Of a DNA stretch of 60,263 nucleotides, positions 10,150 to 20,288 are shown in pieces (positions within the stretch are counted from its first letter, which is position 1; each line of letters begins with the position of its first letter). The notes below the pieces were generated by a model. That model was not told the DNA's origin. It was given only the letters and a program-made list of their open reading frames with translations, and ran no database searches. The translations under genes and the position numbers were made by a program. Origin of the DNA: Pseudobdellovibrionaceae bacterium (GTDB lineage Bacteria; Bdellovibrionota; Bdellovibrionia; Bdellovibrionales; Bdellovibrionaceae); NCBI GenBank assembly GCA_043745515.1, contig JAYTTH010000316.1:1-60263 (forward strand). The letters are read 5' to 3'.

Positions 10150-11283
10150 TTGAAGAAACAGATTCACCTATTTTTTCTAATTATTTTTTCTATTTCCCTG
10201 TTTACCGGAGGCCTTGCCGACGCCTCGTCGCGATCTAGCTCGGCCGCTTGTTTTAATTTCTATAAGGCAAGTTTAAAAAAACACAAGCGATTTTGGCGAG
10301 AATCTGGTCCAACCGCTATCGGTGACGACGATGAACCAAAATACAAACCGAAAGGTCGTGTCGTTGAAATCGATAGAAATGTCGAAGCCAGCAATCAGTG
10401 CCAAACTTACGAATGTTATCTTTTTGCAGCGATCAATTTTATCAATGTTCTAAACAAATCTCGATTTGGTGATAAATCAGAAATGGTATCAGAACCTTTT
10501 CTCGTCGCGCATAAATTTTTAGAGCACATAAAAGATGGCCTTCGATATGGCCCAGATGACCCGCGTGTTATCCATGATTTAGAGGGGGGCTTTGCCTATG
10601 AAGCTTTTTTCCTATCTCGATCAGTGGGACTCATTCCAAAAAAGTCATGGCAACCGATAGTGCCTTTTCCGGATTGGAACATGGCCAATATTTATCATGT
10701 TCTGAAAAAAAAAGTATCAGAACACCATGAAGAATTAAAGAAACTGGCAAAAAGCTATGGATGGGACTCACCAAGGTTGATACGGGCCCAGCAAGACTCG
10801 TTTGACGAATTGAAAAATGTTATTTTAAAATTTTCAGGAACCTTGCCCGAGGAAATTATTATTAATGGAAAATCGTATACGCCACAAGCCTGGGAAGAAC
10901 TCAATGGAATTCCTCGACTATCCACTCTTGATATTATAAATAAAGAAGGAAATTTTTTACCTGACAACTACTCGGCAGTCCTAAGAAAAACAATGACAGC
11001 TTTTGGCGGGCACTTTCGGGTTGAGGATGGAAACTACAATTCAATTATTTTGAATATCAAAAAATATGTCGATCAGGGCATGCCCGTCATTGTGGATTTA
11101 AATTGGAAACGCGAGGGTCATTCCATGTTGGTCGTTGGCTATGAAATAGATGACAACGATAATATTATCCGGTTCAAGGTTATGAACAGCTGGGGCAAAG
11201 ATTTTGCCAATAATGGATTCGCTTGGTACACCGTCGACGATTTGTGGAAAAACATCACTGGAACGTATCATTTCTCAAAATAA
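10150..11283 (+). CDS. secreted papain-like (C1 family) cysteine peptidase
   Basis: Signal peptide. Catalytic contexts NQCQTYECYLFAA (Q, C), EGHSMLVVGY (H), VMNSWG (N). TTG start with GGAG upstream. Confidence 0.65.
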   Translation: MKKQIHLFFLIIFSISLFTGGLADASSRSSSAACFNFYKASLKKHKRFWRESGPTAIGDDDEPKYKPKGRVVEIDRNVEASNQCQTYECYLFAAINFINVLNKSRFGDKSEMVSEPFLVAHKFLEHIKDGLRYGPDDPRVIHDLEGGFAYEAFFLSRSVGLIPKKSWQPIVPFPDWNMANIYHVLKKKVSEHHEELKKLAKSYGWDSPRLIRAQQDSFDELKNVILKFSGTLPEEIIINGKSYTPQAWEELNGIPRLSTLDIINKEGNFLPDNYSAVLRKTMTAFGGHFRVEDGNYNSIILNIKKYVDQGMPVIVDLNWKREGHSMLVVGYEIDDNDNIIRFKVMNSWGKDFANNGFAWYTVDDLWKNITGTYHFSK

Positions 11284-11416
11284 GTCTCATCTACTAATTA
11301 AACTTCTAAGTCCCTAATGCAACTGTGTCTCGACGTGCCAAGACCGGACTCAAATACCATAGCTTTCAAAAAATTTCGGCTTTATGATTTGCTAAACATT
11401 CCCAGGAAGGACGACT

Positions 11417-12199
11417 ATGCAAATTTCAAACAATACGATTTTAATTACTGGCGGTACGAGCGGAATTGGCCTTGAACTTGTAAAACAACTTAGCGTTTTC
11501 AATAACACTCTTATTGTTACCGGGCGTGACCAATCTAAACTGGAAAAAGCAAAAAAACAGTTTCCGAAAATTCACACTCTTCAAAGTGATGTCAGCGACC
11601 CGGCTGCCATTTCCGAGTTGTTTGATAAAGTAACCAAAGAGTTTCCAAACCTGAATATACTTATCAATAATGCTGGAATTATGAAAACGATTAATTTGCA
11701 CACGGCAGGGGATGACTTGCGGGATTTGACAAAAGAAATCGATATTAATTTAAATGGACCCATTCGCATGGTAAAAAAATTTCTACCCCATTTAAAAACA
11801 AAACAGGCAGCGGCAATTATGAATGTCACGTCCGGTTTGGCCTTTGTTCCACTACCGACGTCACCCGTATATTGCTCTACAAAAGCGGCACTTCATTCGT
11901 TTACTTTATCGCTGCGAGTGCAACTTAAAAATACAAAAATCCAAGTATTTGAATTGGCTCCACCAGCTACTGAAACAGAACTCCTTGGGGACTTTAACAG
12001 CGAAGACATGAAGGGTGTTTCAATAATGAAAGTCGACAAAATGGTCGAATGTGCGGTCAAAGGAATGCAAAATGATCAGCTCGAAATTCGGCCAGGGCAA
12101 AGCAATCAATTGAAATTTATGAGCCGAATGGCTCCCCAGTTTATTTTGAGCCAGCTTAGCAAATCCACAGACCGAATGCTTTCTAATTCTAAACAGTAG
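11417..12199 (+). CDS. SDR-family oxidoreductase
   Basis: TGGTSGIGL cofactor motif, NNAG, and YCSTK (YxxxK) active site. Confidence 0.85.
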   Translation: MQISNNTILITGGTSGIGLELVKQLSVFNNTLIVTGRDQSKLEKAKKQFPKIHTLQSDVSDPAAISELFDKVTKEFPNLNILINNAGIMKTINLHTAGDDLRDLTKEIDINLNGPIRMVKKFLPHLKTKQAAAIMNVTSGLAFVPLPTSPVYCSTKAALHSFTLSLRVQLKNTKIQVFELAPPATETELLGDFNSEDMKGVSIMKVDKMVECAVKGMQNDQLEIRPGQSNQLKFMSRMAPQFILSQLSKSTDRMLSNSKQ

Positions 12200-12204
12200 T
12201 CTAT

Positions 12205-12601
12205 TTACAGAGCGGCTTCGATGGCTTTAATTATAGTAGAGTCATCGGGCATCAGGTTGAACAACAGTTAGAAAACGATACAACGGATGCTGGCCTTTGC
12301 CCTTTACCACTATTTTTTGGAACATTGTAAACTTCACTCCAAAATTCAGTGTGCAAAATTCTAGAATTTCAGCGTTTGAGCCAGGCTCCTGACCTTCGAA
12401 TTCATTTGCAGGAAATCCTAACACTTCAAATCCTTTTTCTTGATACGATTCAAATATCTTTTCTAGCGCTTCATATTGAGGAGTTAGTCCACATTTTGAA
12501 GCCACGTTCACGATAAGGCAGACTTTGCCCTTAAATGAAGAAAGATTTGTTTCTTGCCCGTTGATTTTTGGTGCCGCAAATTCATATATTGTTTGGTTTA
12601 T
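12205..12601 (-). pseudogene. glutathione peroxidase pseudogene
   Basis: Reading frame INQTIYEFAAPKINGQETNLSSFKGKVCLIVNVASKCGLTPQY...HPLYRFL. ATA occupies the start position behind GAGGAA. There is no ATG/GTG/TTG upstream of the internal GTG at 12511. The WNF(T/E)KFL segment is absent. The C-terminal PDDSTIIKAIEAAL* lies in another frame. Confidence 0.7.
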
Positions 12602-12996
12602 AGATTCCTCGCTTTTTAAGAATTTATCCTAAATTAGGGACCAGCAAAGTTCCAAGGAAATTGAATGAAAATGCTAAAGTACTTTAGTTTATTTAAATCG
12701 AGTGTAGACTCAGAATGCTAAAAGGTTTTTAATGAAAGCGTATTCATTGTTGTTTATATATATTTTATTTTTAGGCTCCCATTGCTTTTCTGAAGAAAAA
12801 AAGACAGATTTTTTTCGAAACCCTATAAAAAAATGTCTGTCCAGTTAACCTGCCCTTGAATTCAATAAAGTTAAGGTGGTGAAATGATGATAATGTCCAA
12901 TGCTGAATTTTACAATATGGAACGCTGGCAATGCCTTCTCCGCTATTTCAGCTACCGACACCATTTGGGATTTTTTTAATCAGTAAGAAAATTTTC

Positions 12997-13893
12997 CTAT
13001 TGAAACAATGGCTTCAGTTTCGATTCTATAAAAGTAGAAACTTCACGCACTTTTCGGGACAACATACGCTGTGGCGGATAAACAAGATGTATCGGAGCCT
13101 CCTCTAATCCCCAGCTGGACAATACAGTCACAAGCTCTTTGCTTTCCAAATACCGGGCAGTCATGGAACTTGGCAACAAAGTGATTCCAAGTCCTGCTTT
13201 CGCCAACGCCAGAGCCATACCTTTGTGATTGATTTTCCAATTGGGATTGAATTCAACTTTCTCTTTTCGAGTTCCATTGGTTACTAGCCATTCATTTCGG
13301 TGACTGTTGGGTCCGAGTGGTGAAAAAATGCAACGGTGTTTTGTTAGATCACTGGGTTTTTTGGGTGTTCCAAATTTTTCTAAATATCCCGAAGATGCTA
13401 CAAAATTAAAAGACGATTTTCCTAAAAATTTTGCCTTTAAAGTGGAATCTTTTAGTTTTCCGCCACGAATTCCAATATCGGTCTCGGTGCGAACTAAATC
13501 AACATAGCCGTCGGTTAGATTCAAATCGAATTCTAAGCCGGGATGTAAAACACTCAATTCCGCAACAATGGGCGCTAATAAAACTTGACCAAAATCCTCG
13601 GGGGCTGTGATTCGAACAATACCCGTGAGTTCCTCGCTATCATTGGAAATATTTTTCTCAAGACCTGAAATTTGCTGAATAATCGGCTGCACATCTCGAA
13701 AAAGTTTTCGTCCGGCAGCGGTGACTTGAAACGAGCGAGTGGTCCTCAATATCAAGTGTTGTTTAAGATCTCTTTCCAGTCGCACCATAGCGCGACTCAC
13801 TCGGGATACGGGCTGTTTTAATCGTGCGGCCGCTTGGGTCATCGAGCCCGCTTCGACTACTGCTACAAAGGTATTTAACAGATTTAAATCCAC
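12997..13893 (-). CDS. LysR-family transcriptional regulator
   Basis: N-terminal wHTH MDLNLLNTFVAVVEAGSMTQAAARLKQPVSRVSRAMVRLE plus a LysR substrate-binding domain. Divergent from the DoxX gene. Confidence 0.9.
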   Translation of the reverse strand: MDLNLLNTFVAVVEAGSMTQAAARLKQPVSRVSRAMVRLERDLKQHLILRTTRSFQVTAAGRKLFRDVQPIIQQISGLEKNISNDSEELTGIVRITAPEDFGQVLLAPIVAELSVLHPGLEFDLNLTDGYVDLVRTETDIGIRGGKLKDSTLKAKFLGKSSFNFVASSGYLEKFGTPKKPSDLTKHRCIFSPLGPNSHRNEWLVTNGTRKEKVEFNPNWKINHKGMALALAKAGLGITLLPSSMTARYLESKELVTVLSSWGLEEAPIHLVYPPQRMLSRKVREVSTFIESKLKPLFQ

Positions 13894-14008
13894 TAGGACT
13901 CCTATTTTTCTATTTATGCAAAAATGATTACTGATTTTGTCTACTTTTGCAAATCACTTTTTAAGGAGATACTCATATCAGTTAAAACACTTTTTTCGGA
14001 GGTAATTT

Positions 14009-14455
14009 ATGAGTGCATTAAAGAAAATTCTAAATACAACAGAGGCCTATGGACCGTTAGTAGCGCGTTTGGCTTTGGGACTGGTGATTTTCCCACATGG
14101 AGCACAGAAACTATTGGGCTGGTTTGGTGGCTATGGCTTTGAAGGCACGATGGGGTTTTTTACATCCCAAGGCATGCCTTACATCGTCGCCCTCTTGCCA
14201 ATCATAGCTGAATTTTTTGGCGCCCTGGGTTTAATTACTGGTCTATTTACCCGAATAGCTGCCTTTGGAGTCGGCTTCACAATGTTGGTTGCGGCTCTGA
14301 TGGTTCACTTGCCCAATGGTTTTTTTATGAACTGGTTCGGGCAGCAAAAAGGCGAAGGCGTCGAGTATTTCATTTTGGCTATTGGCCTTGCCATTAGCTT
14401 GATTATCACAGGCGGTGGAAAGCTTTCCGTCGATGGGGTATTAGCTAAAAAGTGA
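14009..14455 (+). CDS. DoxX-family membrane protein
   Basis: LVARLALGLVIFPHGAQKLLGWFGGYG signature with four TM segments. Confidence 0.8.
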   Translation: MSALKKILNTTEAYGPLVARLALGLVIFPHGAQKLLGWFGGYGFEGTMGFFTSQGMPYIVALLPIIAEFFGALGLITGLFTRIAAFGVGFTMLVAALMVHLPNGFFMNWFGQQKGEGVEYFILAIGLAISLIITGGGKLSVDGVLAKK

Positions 14456-14470
14456 TTCCATTAGTTTCAT

Positions 14471-14505
14471 AAAAAAGGATTTAGAAAAATTCTAAATCCT
14501 TTTTG
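14471..14505. terminator. bidirectional intrinsic terminator
   Basis: AAAAA-AGGATTTAGA-AAAAT-TCTAAATCCT-TTTTG is a perfect 10-bp stem flanked by an A-tract and a T-tract. It lies between the convergent genes ending at 14455 (+) and 14527 (-). Confidence 0.8.
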
Positions 14506-14526
14506 TATTGTTTTTATTTTTCCGAA

Positions 14527-15723
14527 TTAGTCTGCGTTAACGTTAACTGTTGTAAAAGTAGCTCCAGCAAAACCAGTTATCCAAGTCGATGCGGCAGTGT
14601 AGGAACCCCCAGTAAGCAAAAAAGCAACAGATGAGGTCAAGCCGGTGTTACCGGCACCACAAGTTGAAGCTGTATCAGAGCCGCGAATATAGCAGTTGGT
14701 ATTTGTAGTTTCTGGCCAATTTGCTATTGTTTGCACTTGAACTCGCGTTGTGGGGCTTCCACCAGATCCATTTGTTGCACTCCAAAGTCGTGCTTTAATT
14801 CCAGATGTTAAATTTCCCGCTGCTGTAATCAAAACCCCGCCAGGACCAGATTGTCCAGGGGCATCTTGAATATTTGAATACCCAAACGAAATGCTTTCGA
14901 TGTCGCCAAGAGTTGATCCATTTACTGCTAAATCAGCGTACAACTTAATATGGCGATTCCATCCGCAACTACCACTTTCTGTGCAATCAATGCGCTCCAT
15001 TCTGGCTTCATATCGTAATTCACCTGTAGCGCTATCAAGGGAGCCATAGGTAGTGCCTCGTTTAGTCGTGCTTTGATCTTCATATGAAGCAAATTCAGCT
15101 TTCGTTCCCGAAATTTTCGTAGCCACTTTGTAAGTTCCAAAACTAGGAACATCGATTGATATCCCGCTGTCAAAATAAGTATTAAAGGCGGCTGGTTTAG
15201 AGGCCGTCGCTGTCACTGTCATCGTTCCAGCACCAATATTAGAAATTTGAGTAGCTGTAAAACAGGTCGCATTGACAGCCATGGAAATTGAATGGGCAGC
15301 TCCATCAAATGTTAGCCCCGCGTTTTCCAATGCACACGAAATGCTTTTAACCATGGCAAACCCGCCTTGAATGGTATCAGGAGATCCATCATTCACGGTC
15401 ATTTTGCAATACGCCATCGTGCCTGGATAACCACCTTGGGATTGATTCAAACTGCCCGGTTGACCATGAGTGTCGCACGCGGACGCACTTAGAAAAGGGT
15501 GTAGTTCGTTGTCACCCTGAACACTAGCAGTTCCAGTCCCACCTAAACTTCCACCCGTTGTTGCGACCGCTGCTGAAATGCTGGTCATAATTCCGGACGG
15601 CTTGTCAGAACTTAATGTTGTTCCAGCGGTTGTAGCTGCGGGGTCACTATTTTTTTTGCAAGCCACTCCAGCAATTATTAAAACACAGAGTGCTACTATT
15701 CGAATTTTATTTGAACTCGTCAT
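14527..15723 (-). CDS. Gly/Thr/Ser/Ala-rich lipoprotein, function unknown
   Basis: Signal peptide with lipobox IIAGVAC. Low-complexity G/T/S/A-rich mature part with several Cys pairs. No domain recognised. Confidence 0.7.
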   Translation of the reverse strand: MTSSNKIRIVALCVLIIAGVACKKNSDPAATTAGTTLSSDKPSGIMTSISAAVATTGGSLGGTGTASVQGDNELHPFLSASACDTHGQPGSLNQSQGGYPGTMAYCKMTVNDGSPDTIQGGFAMVKSISCALENAGLTFDGAAHSISMAVNATCFTATQISNIGAGTMTVTATASKPAAFNTYFDSGISIDVPSFGTYKVATKISGTKAEFASYEDQSTTKRGTTYGSLDSATGELRYEARMERIDCTESGSCGWNRHIKLYADLAVNGSTLGDIESISFGYSNIQDAPGQSGPGGVLITAAGNLTSGIKARLWSATNGSGGSPTTRVQVQTIANWPETTNTNCYIRGSDTASTCGAGNTGLTSSVAFLLTGGSYTAASTWITGFAGATFTTVNVNAD

Positions 15724-15907
15724 GGGTTCTCCTTTGATTTATAAGAGGATATCCCCCGTTATTTTATTGTCAAATCAAGGACCCTTAATAGCCTAGTCCT
15801 GCGGATTTCGCTCGAGCTAATGGTCTAGGTAACAACCCACTGTGCCGTCTTGCCTAGGGGCCTTTCATTCTGTCACAATTAGCCTTCAACATTAGGAGAT
15901 TTATTCT

Positions 15908-16354
15908 GTGACCAACAAAAAAAAATACAATGGCAGCTGCCATTGCGGAAAAGTTAGATTTCATGTTTTCTTAGATCTTTCAACAGGCACGGGTCGCTGC
16001 AACTGCACGTTCTGTACTAAAACTCGCTACTGGGGAAAAATGGTAAAACCCGAAGAATTTGAGTTACTTTCTGGCTCTGACTGTTTGACTGACTATACAA
16101 AAAGTACACCTTTAGTTTTTCATAAAAGTGATTACGTCGAAGACAACACTAGCCACCATCTATTTTGTAAACACTGCGGAGTTCGATCTTTTGGCAAAGG
16201 CCATATTCCCGAGGTTGGCGGCGAATACTATTCTGTAAATATCGCTTGCCTGGATGATGTAGATTTTAAGGAAGCGATGGCAGCGCCTATTCAATACTTT
16301 GATGGGCGAACCAATAATTGGTTTTCCACACCAGATTACACGAGCCATTTGTAG
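15908..16354 (+). CDS. GFA/CENP-V family protein (glutathione-dependent formaldehyde-activating-like)
   Basis: GSCHCGKVRF, CNCTFC and CKHCG zinc-binding Cys clusters. GTG start with AGGAG upstream. Confidence 0.75.
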   Translation: MTNKKKYNGSCHCGKVRFHVFLDLSTGTGRCNCTFCTKTRYWGKMVKPEEFELLSGSDCLTDYTKSTPLVFHKSDYVEDNTSHHLFCKHCGVRSFGKGHIPEVGGEYYSVNIACLDDVDFKEAMAAPIQYFDGRTNNWFSTPDYTSHL

Positions 16355-16370
16355 TGAGCCTATTTAGCTG

Positions 16371-17660
16371 ATGTCAAAAATATTTAAACATCTCTATTTT
16401 TGGGTTTTGTTTGCCATAGTTCTTGGCGCGACAATAGGCCTAATAGATCCAGAGACAGGTGAAAAACTTAAACCGCTGGGCGAGGGATTTATTTCATTAG
16501 TCAAAATGATGATCGCGCCTATTATTTTTTGCACAGTAGTCACCGGAATTGCCGGCGCGGGTGATATGAAAAAAGTTGGTCGAATAGGCTTTAAGGCCCT
16601 TCTTTATTTTGAAATCGTTTCAACTCTAGCACTTGCGCTTGGACTAGTGATTGCGAACCTTCTTAAACCCGGCCAAGGGTTTAACGCTTCCCTCACAAGC
16701 TTAGATACAGTTGCAACTAACAGCTTTACTCAGACCGCCTCGCACCTATCTACGATTGATTTTATCATGCATATCATTCCCAAAACATTTTTGGATGCGT
16801 TTACAGGATCGGGCGATTTATTGCAGGTGCTATTGATTTCGGTCCTTTTTGGCTGGTCCTTAAATTCAGCCGGTGAAAAAGGAACTTCGATTTTGAAATT
16901 AATTGAATCCATCTCTGGAATTTTATTTTCTATGATCAGCGCGATTATGAAACTCGCGCCAATTGGAGCCGGCGGAGCCATGGCCTATACTATTGGAAAA
17001 TTCGGATTAAAATCACTGCTCCCACTTGCCTTTTTGATGGGTTGTTTTTATCTTACATGTTTTTTGTTTGTAACAGTTATTTTAGGCATGGTCTGCAGGC
17101 TGGCTGGTTTCAGTGTTTTCAAGTTTCTTCGCTATATACGTCAAGAACTGCTATTAGTCTTAGGCACCTCGTCTTCAGAAAGTGCCCTCGTTCCACTTAT
17201 GAACAAATTAGAACGCCTTGGTTGTAAAAAAGCGGTTGTTGGATTGGTCGTTCCAGCGGGATATTCTTTTAATTTAGATGGCACAAATATCTACATGACA
17301 TTGGCCGCACTATTTATTGCTCAAGCATTCAATATCGATTTATCAATTACTCAGCAGCTTAGTATATTAGGGGTTGCCATCATTACCTCCAAAGGTGCAT
17401 CTGGTGTTACAGGGGCTGGCTTTATTACTTTGGCGGCCACTCTGGCCGTAGTTCCCGAAGTGCCAGTTGCTGGAATGGCGTTAATATTAGGTGTCGATCG
17501 TTTTATGTCTGAAGGTCGTGCTCTTACCAATATTATAGGAAATGGAATTGCCACTTTAGTTGTTTCTAAATGGGAAAATGAATTGGACCATGCCCAACTG
17601 GATCGGGAACTTTCGCTAAAAAGCGATCTCGGGTTGGGCGATCCGATTTACAAAATCTAA
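16371..17660 (+). CDS. dctA: dicarboxylate/amino acid:cation symporter (C4-dicarboxylate transporter DctA-like)
   Basis: N-terminus [19 protein letters not shown] parallels DctA. DAACS-family motifs [13 protein letters not shown] and [12 protein letters not shown]. Confidence 0.8.
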   Translation: MSKIFKHLYFWVLFAIVLGATIGLIDPETGEKLKPLGEGFISLVKMMIAPIIFCTVVTGIAGAGDMKKVGRIGFKALLYFEIVSTLALALGLVIANLLKPGQGFNASLTSLDTVATNSFTQTASHLSTIDFIMHIIPKTFLDAFTGSGDLLQVLLISVLFGWSLNSAGEKGTSILKLIESISGILFSMISAIMKLAPIGAGGAMAYTIGKFGLKSLLPLAFLMGCFYLTCFLFVTVILGMVCRLAGFSVFKFLRYIRQELLLVLGTSSSESALVPLMNKLERLGCKKAVVGLVVPAGYSFNLDGTNIYMTLAALFIAQAFNIDLSITQQLSILGVAIITSKGASGVTGAGFITLAATLAVVPEVPVAGMALILGVDRFMSEGRALTNIIGNGIATLVVSKWENELDHAQLDRELSLKSDLGLGDPIYKI

Positions 17661-18503
17661 CTAGTGCGAACGAATACTTGCCAAGGTAGAATTTATCCAA
17701 TGGGCGTAAGGCACAATTCGTGTGTAAATCGAGTATCCACTACAGTCATTGCCCCCCGTTCCTGAGCCTCGGCTGGTGACACCCCAAAGTTGTAACTCGT
17801 CCTTCACCTTTATGAAGGCCGGTCCGCCAGAATCTCCATGGCAAGCACCGATCCCTTTGGTTTGATCAAGTAGAACTTCTGATGTACTAAAACGAGCATT
17901 TGAAATTGGAATTTCTACCACCCGCAATCGGCCAGCGCCCGTGGAGGAATTTCCATCACTCAGTCCGTACCCGGCCAAGATCGCCGTTTCATTATTTTTG
18001 AGAGGGCGCGAGGAAGGCAATAGTTGGGCTGGCCGAAAACCATTAGGCAGACCTCCAGAAAATTTAATGAGGGCTAAATCGCCAGTATTTTGCTGGGCGT
18101 TTTTATTTTTTTGCCAAAGCGGCGACACCCTAATCACATCCACAGATCGCAAATTTTTTTCAGACACCAGAAGTCCAAATTTTATTCGCAAATCGGCAGC
18201 ATTGCCTTCTGCACAATGGGCGGCTGTAACTAAAACATCCTCTGCGATTATGGAGGCCGTGCAAAGAGCGCCTTGCCTAATGTCAAGTAAACCAACAATA
18301 GATTCTTTAATTGGATCAGAGGCGCGTACTGATTTGCCCCCAATTATAAAATCTGTAACCTCATCAATCTGCCTGGTCTCTTTTGGATTAGTGACCGCAG
18401 TCGTTGTTTCATTGTTTGAATCCGGCTGACTGCAAGCAATCATCGACAGAAATATCCATGAAGCGATCCATTTTCTAATTTTAATATTTTTTTCTATTTT
18501 CAT
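17661..18503 (-). CDS. secreted trypsin-like (S1) serine protease lipoprotein
   Basis: Catalytic TAAHC (H), GDLALIKF (D), GDSGGP (S). Start at MKIEKN (AGGAG upstream) with lipobox SMIAC. The ORF is open to 18533. Confidence 0.85.
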   Translation of the reverse strand: MKIEKNIKIRKWIASWIFLSMIACSQPDSNNETTTAVTNPKETRQIDEVTDFIIGGKSVRASDPIKESIVGLLDIRQGALCTASIIAEDVLVTAAHCAEGNAADLRIKFGLLVSEKNLRSVDVIRVSPLWQKNKNAQQNTGDLALIKFSGGLPNGFRPAQLLPSSRPLKNNETAILAGYGLSDGNSSTGAGRLRVVEIPISNARFSTSEVLLDQTKGIGACHGDSGGPAFIKVKDELQLWGVTSRGSGTGGNDCSGYSIYTRIVPYAHWINSTLASIRSH

Positions 18504-18559
18504 AGTGTCTCCTAGTCTAGGAAGACTCTGCAAAAAAGTAACACAAAATTCTGATTAGA

Positions 18560-18620
18560 TTTCTGGAATTTACTTTCATTTTTCGGAATTACAAATGAAA
18601 TTCAAAATCTTTCCCGGAAT
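18560..18620 (-). promoter_or_regulatory. three TTTC-N(1-3)-GGAAT repeats upstream of the S1 protease gene
   Basis: TTTCTGGAATT (18560-18570), TTTCGGAATT (18581-18590), TTTCCCGGAAT (18610-18620). These are half-palindromic TTC..GAA cores spaced about 21 and 30 bp apart. Confidence 0.35.
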
Positions 18621-18623
18621 AAA

Positions 18624-20087
18624 TTAAATTTCCATTTGATGTTTTGGGGATGTGGTGTAGCGAACGGGAGCGGGCTTTTTTAATTGTGCACTTGCCGGTC
18701 GACGCCTTGGAAGTGACAATGAAAACGTGCTACCATTGCCTGGACCGCTTGTTGCGCGAACGGATCCACCATGAGCTTCAACTATTTTTTTAACGACCGA
18801 TAGACCCACTCCGGCGCCTTCATTGGCAGTTTTTCTTGCCTGCCAAAAATGATCAAATATTTCAGCTAATTTATTTTCAGGAATTCCTGGCCCACTATCG
18901 GAAACTGAAATATTAACAAATTGCTGGTCACTTCGCACCTTTACTATAACTTTTCCATGTTTAGGACTAAACTTGATAGCGTTGCCAATTAAGTGAGACA
19001 ATGCCCGGATGACTCGTTCGCGGTCCATGAAGGCCAAGACCGGAGGATTGGCCGATTCAAATTGAAGTCTAACGTCATTTTTCTTGGCCAATGGTTGCAA
19101 CATTAATTGGGCGTCGTCTAAAATTTCATCAATTGCCATTTGGTCCAATCGCAAATTAAGACCATCAAGAATTGCAGTTTTTTGATCACAAATATTTTTT
19201 ACTACTTTATCAATTTCATTCACTGTGCTTTTGATCAGCTCACCACTGTCTCTTACTGAGCTTGAATCAGAAAAATCATTCAAAAATTCGGCGATTTGGT
19301 GTAAATGACCCATCGGCTCTTTAAGATCATGCGAAATGGCGGAAACAAACTCGTCTCTAATTAAAATTGCTTTTTGAGCTTCACTATAGAGCCGGTCTCT
19401 TTCGGCTGTTTGTTGCTTTCTATCTGACAATACTCGAAGAATTAAAAAAGCCATTCCGAAGAATATAAAAATTAGGCTTCCAGTCAGCCAGGCCATTCCT
19501 CTTGGAATTTGCTGTTCAAATCCGGCCGCGGCGCTCTGAGCCTCGCTGCGAACACGTTCCAATTCGGCATTCTGAATTTTAGCAATATCATCTAGACCTT
19601 CATTAACTTGTTTAAGCAGCGAAACTGTTTTTGATTGGTAAAATTGTCCGACAATTTTTGATTCCGTCTGTTTTTCGCGATATTCCATTGCTTGATCAAA
19701 AAATTCTTGTTGAAGTTGTTGTGACGCGCCCATTTTATTTATAATTTCAGGAATTTGAGGTAACGAATATTTTTTTTCAAAATTGGACAGCGCTTCCGCA
19801 AGCAGCTGTTTGTCCAGTTTCTGTTTATCAAATAAAACTTTGGATCCAAGTAAAAAGAATGAACGACTATTGGCAACTTGCGATTCTGCCAAATATCTAA
19901 TTCGCTCAATATCCACAAGCGCAGCTGAATTGACTATCGCCACTGCATTTTTTGCCATGATCGCTTGACGTAATTTAAAAGCGTAGCCCCAAGCTCCAGA
20001 AAGCACGACTACAAAAAGAACGAGCAAAACGATTAAAAAATTCTTCTCTATATTGGATTGATTTGGCTTGTTTATGTTTTTATTCAT
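18624..20087 (-). CDS. sensor histidine kinase (CHASE3-like periplasmic domain)
   Basis: N-terminal TM, an extracytoplasmic helical domain (ANSRSFFLLGSKVLFDKQ), and a second TM. H-box SHDLKEPMGH. G-boxes DSGPGIP and GAGVGLSV. Start at MNKNINK. The ORF is open to 20126. Confidence 0.85.
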   Translation of the reverse strand: MNKNINKPNQSNIEKNFLIVLLVLFVVVLSGAWGYAFKLRQAIMAKNAVAIVNSAALVDIERIRYLAESQVANSRSFFLLGSKVLFDKQKLDKQLLAEALSNFEKKYSLPQIPEIINKMGASQQLQQEFFDQAMEYREKQTESKIVGQFYQSKTVSLLKQVNEGLDDIAKIQNAELERVRSEAQSAAAGFEQQIPRGMAWLTGSLIFIFFGMAFLILRVLSDRKQQTAERDRLYSEAQKAILIRDEFVSAISHDLKEPMGHLHQIAEFLNDFSDSSSVRDSGELIKSTVNEIDKVVKNICDQKTAILDGLNLRLDQMAIDEILDDAQLMLQPLAKKNDVRLQFESANPPVLAFMDRERVIRALSHLIGNAIKFSPKHGKVIVKVRSDQQFVNISVSDSGPGIPENKLAEIFDHFWQARKTANEGAGVGLSVVKKIVEAHGGSVRATSGPGNGSTFSLSLPRRRPASAQLKKPAPVRYTTSPKHQMEI

Positions 20088-20288
20088 ACAGACGGAATAG
20101 CAAGTGCGTTTACTATGAGCAATCAATTTTTTGCTAAATGAAACTGAGCGGGGTCTCGCCCAAAATTAAATTTATAATCATGCACTAAATCATTCCCTAC
20201 AGCTAAAATTTACGACAATAATTGCTACTATTGAACCAATTTAGGTTGCCCAGTCTTTAGTTTAGTTTTTCGAGTCTTTTAACTACTG

